A stretch of 64,000 nucleotides of DNA, from assembly GCA_041659285.1 (NCBI GenBank), contig JBAZYO010000001.1:448618-512617 (forward strand), written 5' to 3'. Both the position numbers and the translations under genes were made by a program. This DNA comes from Vicinamibacterales bacterium (GTDB lineage Bacteria > Acidobacteriota > Vicinamibacteria > Vicinamibacterales > UBA2999). Shown here one piece after another: positions 53,160-61,856 of the stretch. Under the pieces are notes generated by a model, which saw only the letters and a program-made list of their open reading frames with translations, was not told where the DNA came from and searched no databases. Position 1 is the stretch's first letter; each line of letters opens with the position of its first letter.

Positions 53160-54281
53160 CTAACGCTCGAACTCGATCATCCGCTCCGACTTGCCCGTCA
53201 TGAAGAAGCGGGCGCGCTTGCCGGCCAGGCGGTCCGTGCCGGAGCCGGCTTCGGTGCCGATTGCCTGCGGGTACCATTGCCCGCCGTTCAGGATCTTCGC
53301 TGGCGCCGACCACGCCCGCGGGTCCGCTGCCGTCGGCGAGAACGACACGTAGATCCCGTCCTGGCCGAACTGATCGTCTTTCGCGCGGTTCAACAGCATT
53401 ACGTACTGCTCGAGATACGTATTCCAGTGGACCGACGCGCCCCAGAACACGTCGTTGGCGGACGACCGGTCGTGGAACGGCCGGCTGGCCTTCACCAGCG
53501 GAGTGCCGGCCGGGTAGGTGAACGGCGCGAACTCGTCCGGCCGCGCGGCAGGGAGCCATGCGCCGTCGTTCCAGATGGTCAACTTCCCCACCGGCGCGTC
53601 ACGATCCGCCCACGCCATCCTCGCCACCGCGACACCTTGCCCGGCAGCGTCGCGTGAGTACTGGCTGAAGTAGAGATAAAGATCCTGGCCGTTGGCGTCG
53701 AGCACCGCCGTGACGTCGCCGACGCCGCCAAGCACGAACCGGTTCGCGGAATCGCACGCTTCGCTCCCCGGCGGCGCATCGAGCACAATGCCGAGGTCTT
53801 CCCAGGTGCCGCCCTGGTCGGTGGACTTCATGGCGCCAATGCGCGGCAACTGCCGCTCCGGCCGTCCGCAGAGATCCGCGGGACGCTCGTGGTGGTAGAA
53901 CCCATACCACGTGCCGATGTCGTCAGGGACGATCGCCTCCATCCAAACGCCATCGCCAGGATGCGAACTGAACGCGACGGGATCGCCGCGGTGAAGGGTT
54001 TCGAGGCTGGTGCCCGCGGACCGCACCGGCACGCCGCCCCAGGACGTAATCACGAACAACCGGTTGACGCCGTCCACCAGCGACCACACCATCGGGTTGC
54101 TGGAGTCGATTTCGCCAGGCAGGTCGAACTTCGAGGCCGACACCAGCCGCGCCGTCGGCGTGCGCGTTGATTGGGCCTGGAGTGGCGACCACAGGAGCAA
54201 GGCCGCGCCAAGCACGGCGGCCGCGCCGTGGCACCATCCCGGCCAGCGGTTCCCTCCCGACCAGCGGTTCCCTCCCGACAA
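53160..54281 (-). CDS. Hypothetical secreted beta-propeller-like protein with an Asp-box (glycosidase-like)
   Basis: 373-aa ORF with a signal-like AAAVLGAALLLWSPLQAQS segment and one Asp-box (KSTDQGGTW). The TTG start lies inside an 18-bp tandem repeat, so the 5' end is uncertain. Confidence 0.5.
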   Translation of the reverse strand: MSGGNRWSGGNRWPGWCHGAAAVLGAALLLWSPLQAQSTRTPTARLVSASKFDLPGEIDSSNPMVWSLVDGVNRLFVITSWGGVPVRSAGTSLETLHRGDPVAFSSHPGDGVWMEAIVPDDIGTWYGFYHHERPADLCGRPERQLPRIGAMKSTDQGGTWEDLGIVLDAPPGSEACDSANRFVLGGVGDVTAVLDANGQDLYLYFSQYSRDAAGQGVAVARMAWADRDAPVGKLTIWNDGAWLPAARPDEFAPFTYPAGTPLVKASRPFHDRSSANDVFWGASVHWNTYLEQYVMLLNRAKDDQFGQDGIYVSFSPTAADPRAWSAPAKILNGGQWYPQAIGTEAGSGTDRLAGKRARFFMTGKSERMIEFER

Positions 54282-54296
54282 GCAGTGCCCTCCCGT
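54243..54296. repeat. 18-bp tandem repeat CCAGCGGTTCCCTCCCGA x2 plus a degenerate third copy
   Basis: The two perfect copies are at 54243-54260 and 54261-54278 and encode SGGNRW SGGNRW. The third copy matches at 13 of 18 positions and spans the annotated start. Confidence 0.8.
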
Positions 54297-55049
54297 CTAT
54301 TTCAGCCCACTGACCAGCTTCTCGAGCATCTCGTAGGCGGTCATGTCGGGCTGCAGCGGCGTGACCGAGGCGTAACCATCCATCACGGCTTCGTAGTCCG
54401 ACCGGCCGCTGTCGGGATGGTACTCGTCGAGGGCTTCTTCGATCCAGTAGTACGGGTTGCCGCGCGGATCGGTGCGCGAGTCGATCTGCGTCACGTGATT
54501 GCGCTTCGCCTGTGTCGTCACGCGCAGGCCCTTGGGCGTGCCCGTGGGCACGTTGATGTTCAGGAAGGTCCGCGACGGAATGCCGTGGGCCAGCACGTAC
54601 TTCGCGACCGTGGCCGCGGCCGCCGCCGACGGGCCAAAGTCGTAGGTGGGTGTGCGCCGGAGCGACACCGCAATGCCGGGCGCGCCGAGCAGGGCCGCCT
54701 CGAGCGCGCCGGAGACGGTGCCCGAATAGGTGATGTCGTCGCCGAGGTTCCAGCCCTTGTTGATGCCTGACACCACCAAGTCCGGCAACCGCTTGAGGAT
54801 GATCTCGCAGCCGATGTTGACGCAGTCGGTCGGCGTGCCGTCCACGGCAAACACGCCGTCGCGGACGGTCTCGATGCGGAGCGGCCGCCGCAGCGTCAGC
54901 GCGTGGCCGATGGCGCTCGCCTCCTGCAGGGGCCCGACCACCACGACGTCCCCCAGGGGCTTCATCGCCTCGGCGAGGGCGTGAATGCCCTCCGACTGCA
55001 CTCCGTCGTCATTGGTAACCAGAATCAAGGGCATGGAACCACCGATCAT
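54297..55049 (-). CDS. surE: 5'/3'-nucleotidase SurE
   Basis: 250-aa ORF with ILVTNDDGVQSEGI at the N-terminus, plus SGINKGWNLGDDITYSGTVSGA. Confidence 0.93.
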   Translation of the reverse strand: MIGGSMPLILVTNDDGVQSEGIHALAEAMKPLGDVVVVGPLQEASAIGHALTLRRPLRIETVRDGVFAVDGTPTDCVNIGCEIILKRLPDLVVSGINKGWNLGDDITYSGTVSGALEAALLGAPGIAVSLRRTPTYDFGPSAAAAATVAKYVLAHGIPSRTFLNINVPTGTPKGLRVTTQAKRNHVTQIDSRTDPRGNPYYWIEEALDEYHPDSGRSDYEAVMDGYASVTPLQPDMTAYEMLEKLVSGLK

Positions 55050-55082
55050 ACCAGTCCGTCGAACCTAGATATAATCGCGCAC

Positions 55083-55511
55083 ATGGAATGGTGGCTGTGG
55101 CTCGCCGGCGGTCTTGCGTTGGTGGTGGCCGAGCTGGTCACTCCCAGCGGCTTCTTCATCATCTTCTTCGGCATTGGCGCCCTCGCCGTGGGCGTGCTGG
55201 CCGCGCTCGGCGCCGTCCAATCCATCTGGATGCAGGGCCTGCTGTTCAGCGTCCTGTCCGTCATTTCGCTGCTGATCTTCCGCGGCCGGCTGAAGACGAC
55301 GTTCCAGGCCCCTCCGCCGCCCTCGATTGACTCGTTCGTCGGCGTGCTCGCGGTGGTCCAGGAGTACCTGGCGCCCGGCGCGGTCGGACGGGTCGAGGTG
55401 CGTGGCGCGTCGTGGAGCGCCCGCAACACCAGCGAGGCGACGCTCGTTCCCGGTCAACGCGCCAAGGTGGCTGGCATCGACGGCCTGTTGCTCACGGTAG
55501 TTCCCGAATAA
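55083..55511 (+). CDS. NfeD-family membrane protein
   Basis: 142 aa from the ATG at 55083 (MEWWLWLAGGLALVVAELV). It has three TM segments and a C-terminal OB-like domain (GRVEVRGASWSARN). It lies directly upstream of an SPFH gene. Confidence 0.8.
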   Translation: MEWWLWLAGGLALVVAELVTPSGFFIIFFGIGALAVGVLAALGAVQSIWMQGLLFSVLSVISLLIFRGRLKTTFQAPPPPSIDSFVGVLAVVQEYLAPGAVGRVEVRGASWSARNTSEATLVPGQRAKVAGIDGLLLTVVPE

Positions 55512-55554
55512 TTCCGGCCGCCCATGAAGGGCGGCCCTACATGGAGTGCCCGAA

Positions 55555-56475
55555 ATGGAAGGCGGCCTGTTCGTCATCGTCCTGCTCGCGGTCATCACGC
55601 TGGTCATCCTGGCCAAGACCGCGATCGTCGTCCCGCAGCAGAGCGCGTTCGTGGTCGAGCGGCTGGGCCGCTTCGCCGGCGTGCTCGACGCGGGGTTCCA
55701 CATCCTCGTGCCGTTCATCGACGTCATCCGCTACCGGCACTCGCTCAAGGAAATGGCGCTCGACATCCCGGCGCAGATTTGCATCACGCGCGACAACGTG
55801 CAGGTGCAGGTGGATGGCGTGCTCTACCTCAAGGTGCTGAATCCGGAACGAACCTCGTACGGCATCACCGACTACATGTTTGCGATTTCGCAGCTCGCAC
55901 AGACCACGCTGCGTAGCGAAGTGGGCAAGATCGATCTGGATCGCACGTTCGAAGAGCGCACCAACATCAACATCTCGGTGGTCGCCGAACTCGACAAGGC
56001 CACCGAGCCGTGGGGCGTCAAGGTGTTGCGCTACGAAGTGAAGAGCATCACGCCGCCGGCCGACATCCTGGCCGCGATGGAAAAGCAGATGCGCGCCGAG
56101 CGCGAAAAGCGAGCGGTGATTCTCACCTCGGAAGGCCAGCGCGACGCCGCCATCAACTCGGCGGAAGGCGAAAAGCAGCAGGTGATCAAGGCGTCGGAAG
56201 CGCGGCGCCAGCAGCAGATCAACGAGGCCGAAGGCCAGGCCTCGGCCATTCTCGCGGTGGCGACGGCCAATGCCGAAGGCATCAAGCGGGTCGCCGCGGC
56301 CACGCAGGCGGCCGGCGGCGCCGAGGCGATTCAGTTGAAGGTGGCCGAGCAGTACATCGCCGAGTTCGGCAAGGTCATCAACAACGCCGACACCATCATC
56401 CTGCCGTCGAACCTCGGCGACGTGGCGTCAATGATCACGACGGCCATGAATGTCGTGAACCAGGGCAAGAAGTAG
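55555..56475 (+). CDS. SPFH/Band-7 (stomatin-like) protein
   Basis: It has an N-terminal TM, then VVPQQSAFVVERLGRFAGVLDAGFHILVPFID and a C-terminal coiled coil (EKQMRAEREKRA). The start is the ATG at 55555 (GGAG 8 nt upstream) or the GTG at 55546. Confidence 0.9.
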   Translation: MEGGLFVIVLLAVITLVILAKTAIVVPQQSAFVVERLGRFAGVLDAGFHILVPFIDVIRYRHSLKEMALDIPAQICITRDNVQVQVDGVLYLKVLNPERTSYGITDYMFAISQLAQTTLRSEVGKIDLDRTFEERTNINISVVAELDKATEPWGVKVLRYEVKSITPPADILAAMEKQMRAEREKRAVILTSEGQRDAAINSAEGEKQQVIKASEARRQQQINEAEGQASAILAVATANAEGIKRVAAATQAAGGAEAIQLKVAEQYIAEFGKVINNADTIILPSNLGDVASMITTAMNVVNQGKK

Positions 56476-57618
56476 CGCCGCCGTCAGGGCCAGGGCCGCG
56501 CCGGTCATGAACGCGACCGGCGCGCCGAAGGTCTGCCAGAGCAATCCAAAGAACAGGCCCGCCGCCAGGGCGCCAAAGCCCTGGACGGCCGCGTGCCACC
56601 CAAACGCGGTGGCGCGCATCGCGTCCGGCACGAGGTCCGCGATGAGGGCCTTCTCACTGCCCTCCACGGCCGCGGCGTAGACGCTGTAGACCAGAAACCA
56701 CGCGATCAGCGCCCCGACCGAATGGCTCATCGCGAAGCCCGCGTAGACCACCGCGTAGATGGTCCAGCCCGAGACGATGAGCGCGCGCCGACCGAAGCGG
56801 TCCGACAGCGCGCCGCCCCGCATCGACAGCAGCGCCTTCACTGCGTGCTGAGCGCTCCAGAGAGCCGTGAGCCCCATCAACGGAACGCCGGATTGCGACA
56901 ACTGCAACAGCAGAAACGCGTCGGAAGAGTTGCCGAGGGTGAACACCGACAGGATTACCAAGTACTTCTTCAGCGGCTTCGGCAACGGTGCTGAAGTGCT
57001 GAGGTGCTCGAGTGCTGCGGTGCTGGGGTGCTGAGGTGCGAGAGTGCTCGGCGTTTCTGGGACGCGGAGCAGGGTCAGCACGGCGAGCAAACCCGGGATG
57101 ATCGTCAGGCCGAACAGCAGGCGGTAGTTGTCGGGCGCGAACCAGAGGAAGACCGTGGCGAGCAGCGGGCCGATCGACGCGCCCGCATGGTCCATGCCCC
57201 AGTGATACCCGAACACGCGGCCACGCTGGCCCGGCGGCGCCAGCGACGCCAGCATCGCGTCGCGCGGCGCGCCGCGCAGGCCCTTCCCCACCCGGTCGGT
57301 CACGCGCACGACGAACACGTGCCCCCACGACGTGGCCAGCGCGACGAACGGCCGGACCAGCGACGACAGCGCGTAGCCCGCCACAACGATCGGCTTGCGC
57401 GCGCCCAGGCGGTCGGACCAGCGTCCGGCGAACACCTTGAGCGCGCTGCTGGTGGCGTCGGCGGCGCCTTCAATGATGCCCAGGGTGATCGGCGGGCCTC
57501 CCAGCACTTGCGTGACAAAGACGGGAAGGAGCGGATACACGGCCTCGGTGGCCGCGTCGGTGAGCAGGCTCACCCACCCGAGCAGCTTGACGGGGCGCGG
57601 AAGCGGCGTGATTCTCAA
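56428..57618 (-). CDS. MFS transporter
   Basis: 396-aa ORF with 12 predicted TM segments and an MFS loop motif (GRWSDRLGARKP). Its 3' end overlaps the convergent SPFH gene by 48 nt. Confidence 0.85.
   Translation of the reverse strand: MRITPLPRPVKLLGWVSLLTDAATEAVYPLLPVFVTQVLGGPPITLGIIEGAADATSSALKVFAGRWSDRLGARKPIVVAGYALSSLVRPFVALATSWGHVFVVRVTDRVGKGLRGAPRDAMLASLAPPGQRGRVFGYHWGMDHAGASIGPLLATVFLWFAPDNYRLLFGLTIIPGLLAVLTLLRVPETPSTLAPQHPSTAALEHLSTSAPLPKPLKKYLVILSVFTLGNSSDAFLLLQLSQSGVPLMGLTALWSAQHAVKALLSMRGGALSDRFGRRALIVSGWTIYAVVYAGFAMSHSVGALIAWFLVYSVYAAAVEGSEKALIADLVPDAMRATAFGWHAAVQGFGALAAGLFFGLLWQTFGAPVAFMTGAALALTAALLLALVHDIHGRRDH
56988..57051. repeat. Eight head-to-tail 8-bp units GTGCTNNG inside the MFS central-loop coding region
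   Basis: The units are GTGCTGAA GTGCTGAG GTGCTCGA GTGCTGCG GTGCTGGG GTGCTGAG GTGCGAGA GTGCTCGG. They encode STLAPQHP/STAALEHL/STSAPLP on the minus strand. Confidence 0.85.
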
Positions 57619-57645
57619 GATCTAGCGGCCTGCCCTGAGCGAGTC

Positions 57646-58041
57646 CTAACGATCGGGGCGATAGGCAATGCAGTCGATTTCGACCCTTAGACCTTCGCCC
57701 GGAAGGCCGGCGGCCTGGATCGTGGTGCGGGCCGGCCGATGCTCGCCGAACATCCGCGAGTAGACCCCGTTCATCTGCTGAAACTCCTTCATGTCGAGCA
57801 GGAACACGCCGCAGCGAAGCACGTGCTGGAGGTCCGAGCCGCCGGCCCTGAGGATGGCCTGCACGTTCTTGAGGCACTGCTCGGTCTGCGCCTCGACGCC
57901 GGCGCCGGCCAGCTCGCCGGTAACGGGGTCGGTGGCGCCCTGGCCCGACACGAAGATCAGGCGCTCGAAATTCATGCCCGGCGAGTACGGGCCTACCGGT
58001 TTCGGAAGATTTGTGGCGTGAACGGGCTTGTGAATCGACAT
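57646..58041 (-). CDS. ridA: RidA (YjgF/UK114) family enamine/imine deaminase
   Basis: 131-aa ORF with PVGPYSPG, FVSGQGA and ARTTIQAAGLPGEGLRVEIDCIA segments. Confidence 0.88.
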   Translation of the reverse strand: MSIHKPVHATNLPKPVGPYSPGMNFERLIFVSGQGATDPVTGELAGAGVEAQTEQCLKNVQAILRAGGSDLQHVLRCGVFLLDMKEFQQMNGVYSRMFGEHRPARTTIQAAGLPGEGLRVEIDCIAYRPDR

Positions 58042-58062
58042 GCGGCATTATCATGAAGGCTC

Positions 58063-58950
58063 GTGCCGAGATACAAGCTCACGATTGAATATGCCGGGAC
58101 GCGCTACAGCGGATGGCAGAAGCAGAAGAACGCCCGCACCGTCCAGGGTGAGATTGAACGCGCCGTTGGCGAACTGACGCGCGACAAGACCTTCGAGTTC
58201 ATGGGCTCGGGCCGCACCGACGCCGGGGTGCACGCGCTGCGGCAGGTCGCACACCTCGACATCCGCAAGCCGCTGCCGGCCGAAACCATCCGCCGCGGCA
58301 TCAACGACACGCTGCCGGCCGACATCCACATCCTGGCGGTCGACACGGTGCCGCACCGCTTCCACGCCCGCCACGGCGCGGTGGCGCGCAGCTACGTCTA
58401 CCAGGTGTCGCGGCGGCGCAGTGCCTTCGCCAAGCCGTTTGTCTGGTGGGTGCGCGAGCCGCTCGACGTGGAGCGCATGCGCGCGGCGGCCGCGCGGTTC
58501 ACCGGGATGCACGACTTTCAGGCCTTCAGCGACGACGACCCCGAGGAGAAGTCCACCGAGGTGTTGGTCGAAGAGGTCACGGTCGGTGAAGACGGCGACC
58601 TCATCCTGATCCGGGTGGCCGGCTCGCACTTCATCTGGAAGATGGTGCGGCGCATGGTCGGCGTGCTGGCCGAGATCGGCAAGGGCGGCATGGCCGTGGA
58701 GGACATCGGCGTCTTGTTGGCGCCTCCTCGCGACCCGGTCCGGCTAACCACCTCCGCCAAGGCTTCCGCCTCCGCCAAGGCTACGGCGGACAAGCCGGCG
58801 GTCAAGAGGCCGGACGCCACATCCCGCCCTACGCCGGCGGAGCTTACCGCGCCGGCATCAGGCCTGTTTCTAGAGCGAGTGTTCTACGAGGGCGACGGGC
58901 GGCAATGGCCGCTACGTCCCGCTGTGGCGGTGCCGTCTGCGCGCGAGTGA
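58063..58950 (+). CDS. truA: tRNA pseudouridine(38-40) synthase TruA
   Basis: 295-aa ORF with YKLTIEYAGTRYSGWQKQ and the catalytic GRTDAGVHA motif. An Ala/Lys-rich insertion precedes the terminal GLFLERVFY segment. Confidence 0.9.
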   Translation: MPRYKLTIEYAGTRYSGWQKQKNARTVQGEIERAVGELTRDKTFEFMGSGRTDAGVHALRQVAHLDIRKPLPAETIRRGINDTLPADIHILAVDTVPHRFHARHGAVARSYVYQVSRRRSAFAKPFVWWVREPLDVERMRAAAARFTGMHDFQAFSDDDPEEKSTEVLVEEVTVGEDGDLILIRVAGSHFIWKMVRRMVGVLAEIGKGGMAVEDIGVLLAPPRDPVRLTTSAKASASAKATADKPAVKRPDATSRPTPAELTAPASGLFLERVFYEGDGRQWPLRPAVAVPSARE

Positions 58951-59107
58951 TGTAGCGCTGGTAGCACTTGTAGCAGAGTGCGTAGTAGGGGTCCCACTTC
59001 GCGATGCCTTCCTGCCGGAAGAGGCTGCGGCGGTTCTCGCAGTGCTGGCAAACCTTCCGGGCGGCTGGCGCGGGTTGGCGGAAACGAATGCGAATTGTCA
59101 TAACCAC
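58844..59107 (-). CDS. Hypothetical zinc-ribbon micro-protein (CxxC...CxxC)
   Basis: 87-aa ORF with the segment KVCQHCENRRSLFRQEGIAKWDPYYALCYKCYQRY. GC-rich third codon positions hold through the first about 55 codons. The last about 35 codons are antisense to the truA 3' end. It is divergent from the WYL regulator. Confidence 0.45.
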   Translation of the reverse strand: MVMTIRIRFRQPAPAARKVCQHCENRRSLFRQEGIAKWDPYYALCYKCYQRYITRAQTAPPQRDVAAIAARRPRRTLALETGLMPAR

Positions 59108-59237
59108 ACCCTATTTGGCGCGCGTGACAGATCAGGTCAACCGGGTCACCGTTGCGTTCCATGGCACGCTCCTGCCTACTAATGCATACGTCGTGCCGCG
59201 CCCCAAAGTTCGAATCCTGGCCTGATTTCAGATCCCC

Positions 59238-60236
59238 ATGGAACGCCATACCGAAATAGTCCGCCAGTGGCGCATCCTGCTGGCGCTCGAGGGCAAGGCC
59301 CGGGGGCTGACCCTGGCCGAAGCCCAGGCTGCCGTCGGTGAGGGCGTATCGGAGCGGACCATCCGACGGGATTTCGAGGCCCTGACCCAGGCCGGCTTCC
59401 CGATTGAAACCACCAAGCGCGATGGCAAGACGGCGTTCACCCTCAACCGGGACGTCTTCAAGGGCGTGGCTGCCGCCGGTTTCTCGCTGTCGGAACTGTG
59501 CGCGCTCTACCTCAGTCGAACCGTCCTCTCGGCGGTCACCGGCGGGCCGTTCCAAGACAGCCTGGCCTCCGCGTTCGACAAGCTGTACGAGGCGCTGCCG
59601 CCGGCACTGTGGAAGTTCATTGAGAGCCTGCCCGCCGCGCTCGGCGCCAAGGAACACGCGTCGCGGCCCCTGGCGAGCGGGTCGGCCACCAAGTCGATGG
59701 ACACGCTGATGTCGGCCATTCTGGGCCGCCGCCGCGTGCGCATGCGCTACCACTCCTTCTCCAGCAAGAAGCTCAAGGACTACATTGTCGAACCCTACCG
59801 GCTGGCCTACGCGCAAGGCGGGTTGTACCTGCAGGCCTTCGTGCCCGACTACGCCGAGATGCGGACCTTCGCGGTGCAGCGCATCGAGCAGGCGGTGGCG
59901 CTCGAAGAGAGTTTCAGTCCCGTGGCCGACTCCCCCGCCGACGTGTTCCCGCACTCCCTCGGCGCGTTCTCGGGGACCCCGGAGCCCGTGGTCATCGAGT
60001 TCACCGCCGCCGAGGCGCCCTACGTTCGCGAGCGGCAATGGCACGCGTCGCAGGCGATCGACGAACTGCCGGACGGACGCATCCGCCTGACGCTCAACGT
60101 GGTGCTCGACTGGGAACTGCAGGCGTGGGTGATGGGGTTTGGACCGGCGGCCCGGGTCATCACCCCCAAGGCGTTTGCCGATCGCATTCTCGACAGCCTC
60201 GAAGAGACGCGCGCGACTTACCTCAGGACCTTGTAG
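59238..60236 (+). CDS. HTH-WYL-WCX transcriptional regulator (BrxR/CapW/PafBC-like architecture)
   Basis: 332-aa ORF. The N-terminal wHTH reads ERTIRRDFEALTQAGFPIE. The WYL-domain core reads RRVRMRYHSFSSKKLKDYIVEPYRLAYAQGGLYLQAFVPDYAEMRTFAVQRI. The C-terminal WCX-like region reads ERQWHASQ...LQAWVMGFGPAARVITP. Confidence 0.8.
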   Translation: MERHTEIVRQWRILLALEGKARGLTLAEAQAAVGEGVSERTIRRDFEALTQAGFPIETTKRDGKTAFTLNRDVFKGVAAAGFSLSELCALYLSRTVLSAVTGGPFQDSLASAFDKLYEALPPALWKFIESLPAALGAKEHASRPLASGSATKSMDTLMSAILGRRRVRMRYHSFSSKKLKDYIVEPYRLAYAQGGLYLQAFVPDYAEMRTFAVQRIEQAVALEESFSPVADSPADVFPHSLGAFSGTPEPVVIEFTAAEAPYVRERQWHASQAIDELPDGRIRLTLNVVLDWELQAWVMGFGPAARVITPKAFADRILDSLEETRATYLRTL

Positions 60237-60919
60237 GGATCGATCGGCATCCCCTGCCACCACTGCTTCTGATCGGTCATCTGGAAGATGGCGAAGTGCA
60301 GGTGCGGCGTATCAGGCGGCGCATTGCCCGAGGTCCCGACGTAGCCGAGCACGTCGCCGCGTCTCACGCGATCGCCGTCTTTCAACCCATCCACGTACCG
60401 CTGCAGGTGCGCGTAGTAATACACGTAAATGTTGGTGGGATCGAACTGGTACACGGTGATGCCGCCGGCCTCGCTGTTGAACAACCGGGCGATGGTGCCG
60501 TCTTCGACAGCGATCACGGGTGTATGACGGGCCGCCAGCATGTCGATGGCCTCGTGCTGCCGGGATGCACCGCGCTCCTCGTTGAACGAGTCGCGCACGT
60601 CCTCCCGCCTGGCGCCCTGGATCGGCAATTCGAGATGACGCCCGCGCAGGACCTCGACCGGATCCGCGGACACGGAGGGAACGGCCGCAGCGGTCTGCGC
60701 CGGCGGCGTCACCGCGGGCGGTGTCTCCGGCGGGCTCGGCCGCACCGCAACCACGGGCGGCTCAACCCGGCCCGCCGCTTCCGCGCGCCGGTCCGCGCTG
60801 GCCCATGGGCCGGCCGGGAACACGGTGAACAGCGCGGCCATCACGAGCATGCCGATCAGGAACCCGCCGGCGGCGGCGAACACCATCCACGAATACGCCG
60901 GCGACCCCTTTGTTGTCAT
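60218..60919 (-). CDS. M23-family metallopeptidase (membrane-anchored)
   Basis: 233-aa ORF with an N-terminal TM and a Pro-rich linker. The motifs are HEAIDM (HxxxD) and PHLHFAIF (HxH). Its 3' end overlaps the convergent WYL gene by 19 nt. Confidence 0.85.
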   Translation of the reverse strand: MTTKGSPAYSWMVFAAAGGFLIGMLVMAALFTVFPAGPWASADRRAEAAGRVEPPVVAVRPSPPETPPAVTPPAQTAAAVPSVSADPVEVLRGRHLELPIQGARREDVRDSFNEERGASRQHEAIDMLAARHTPVIAVEDGTIARLFNSEAGGITVYQFDPTNIYVYYYAHLQRYVDGLKDGDRVRRGDVLGYVGTSGNAPPDTPHLHFAIFQMTDQKQWWQGMPIDPYKVLR

Positions 60920-60934
60920 TCGATGCCCATCGCG

Positions 60935-61852
60935 TCAGGGCAGCAGCTTCAAGCCGTCGCGAACCGGCGGGAGCAGTTGCCGGACGCCGGTATTTTCGCT
61001 GGGGCTCGCGCCGGCGAACACGCTCAGCAGGAACGCGCGCGTGTTGTGCCGTCTGGCCAGGCCAGCCTCCGACGAGAACGCCGCCTCCCACGAGTCGAGT
61101 GGCGCCGGCGAGAGGACCTTCGCAAACCACGCCTTCCACTCGTCGTCGGTGTGAAGTCCCCGCTGCGCGATGAACAGGACCGGGCGCGCCAGGCGGTCGG
61201 GTTCCCCCGCGTGATAGGCGACGGTCTGCCGAGGTGCGACTTGCTCGGCAATCGCGATCAGCAGGCGATCGAGGTGGGCCTTGTTGACCGAGGGGTTGAG
61301 CGCGAGTTGCAGGGCGAAGTCGGCGCCGTGGGCGACGCCGTGACGAAAGCCTTCGGTGTCGCTGAAGGCGCGGTAGTCCTTGACGTCCAGCAGGAAGTCG
61401 GCGGCGGCCAGCACCAGCGCGTCGCGTTCGCCTGGCGACATCCAGGGGGTGATGCGGTCGGTGCGCGCGACCTCGGCCATGACGAGCGCCGCAAACGGCG
61501 CGCGAAAGCCCTGCGCATCGCCGCCGGCCAGCATCGGCATCAGTGTGTCGCGCAAACGAACCAGCGTCGGGCGATCGAGCTGGCCCGCGCGCATCCAGAC
61601 AGACAGTGCTTCGAACGCGACGCCATCGCGCAGTTGTGGATTGGGATCACCCAGACAAGCGGTCAGGGCGAGGGCAAGGGACTGTCGCTCGTTGGCGTCG
61701 GCGACGGCGAACTTCGCCGTCTTGAGCGCGGTCAGGCGGGCCAACGGCCATGCCTCCGGCGGGCACGTCAGCGCGACCGGTTGAGCCGCCGCCGGCGCCA
61801 CCAGCATGGCGCTAAACGCAATCGCCGCGATGACCCGCTGTGGGTTGCGCAT
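60935..61852 (-). CDS. Secreted helical-repeat protein, probably DUF2785 family
   Basis: 305-aa ORF with a signal peptide. The segments LGDPNPQLRDGVAFEALSVWM and GFRHGVAHGADFALQL resemble the DUF2785 pattern as I remember it. The assignment is tentative. Confidence 0.45.
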   Translation of the reverse strand: MRNPQRVIAAIAFSAMLVAPAAAQPVALTCPPEAWPLARLTALKTAKFAVADANERQSLALALTACLGDPNPQLRDGVAFEALSVWMRAGQLDRPTLVRLRDTLMPMLAGGDAQGFRAPFAALVMAEVARTDRITPWMSPGERDALVLAAADFLLDVKDYRAFSDTEGFRHGVAHGADFALQLALNPSVNKAHLDRLLIAIAEQVAPRQTVAYHAGEPDRLARPVLFIAQRGLHTDDEWKAWFAKVLSPAPLDSWEAAFSSEAGLARRHNTRAFLLSVFAGASPSENTGVRQLLPPVRDGLKLLP

Positions 61853-61856
61853 GCGG

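Noticed and set aside
59162-59176. Sigma-54-like promoter TGGCACGCTCCTGCC upstream of the WYL regulator. This was tempting because rpoN is in the window.
   Set aside because: The GG and GC elements are spaced one nucleotide short of the canonical -24/-12 spacing, and the -12 box reads CTGC rather than TTGC. No enhancer-binding protein is nearby.
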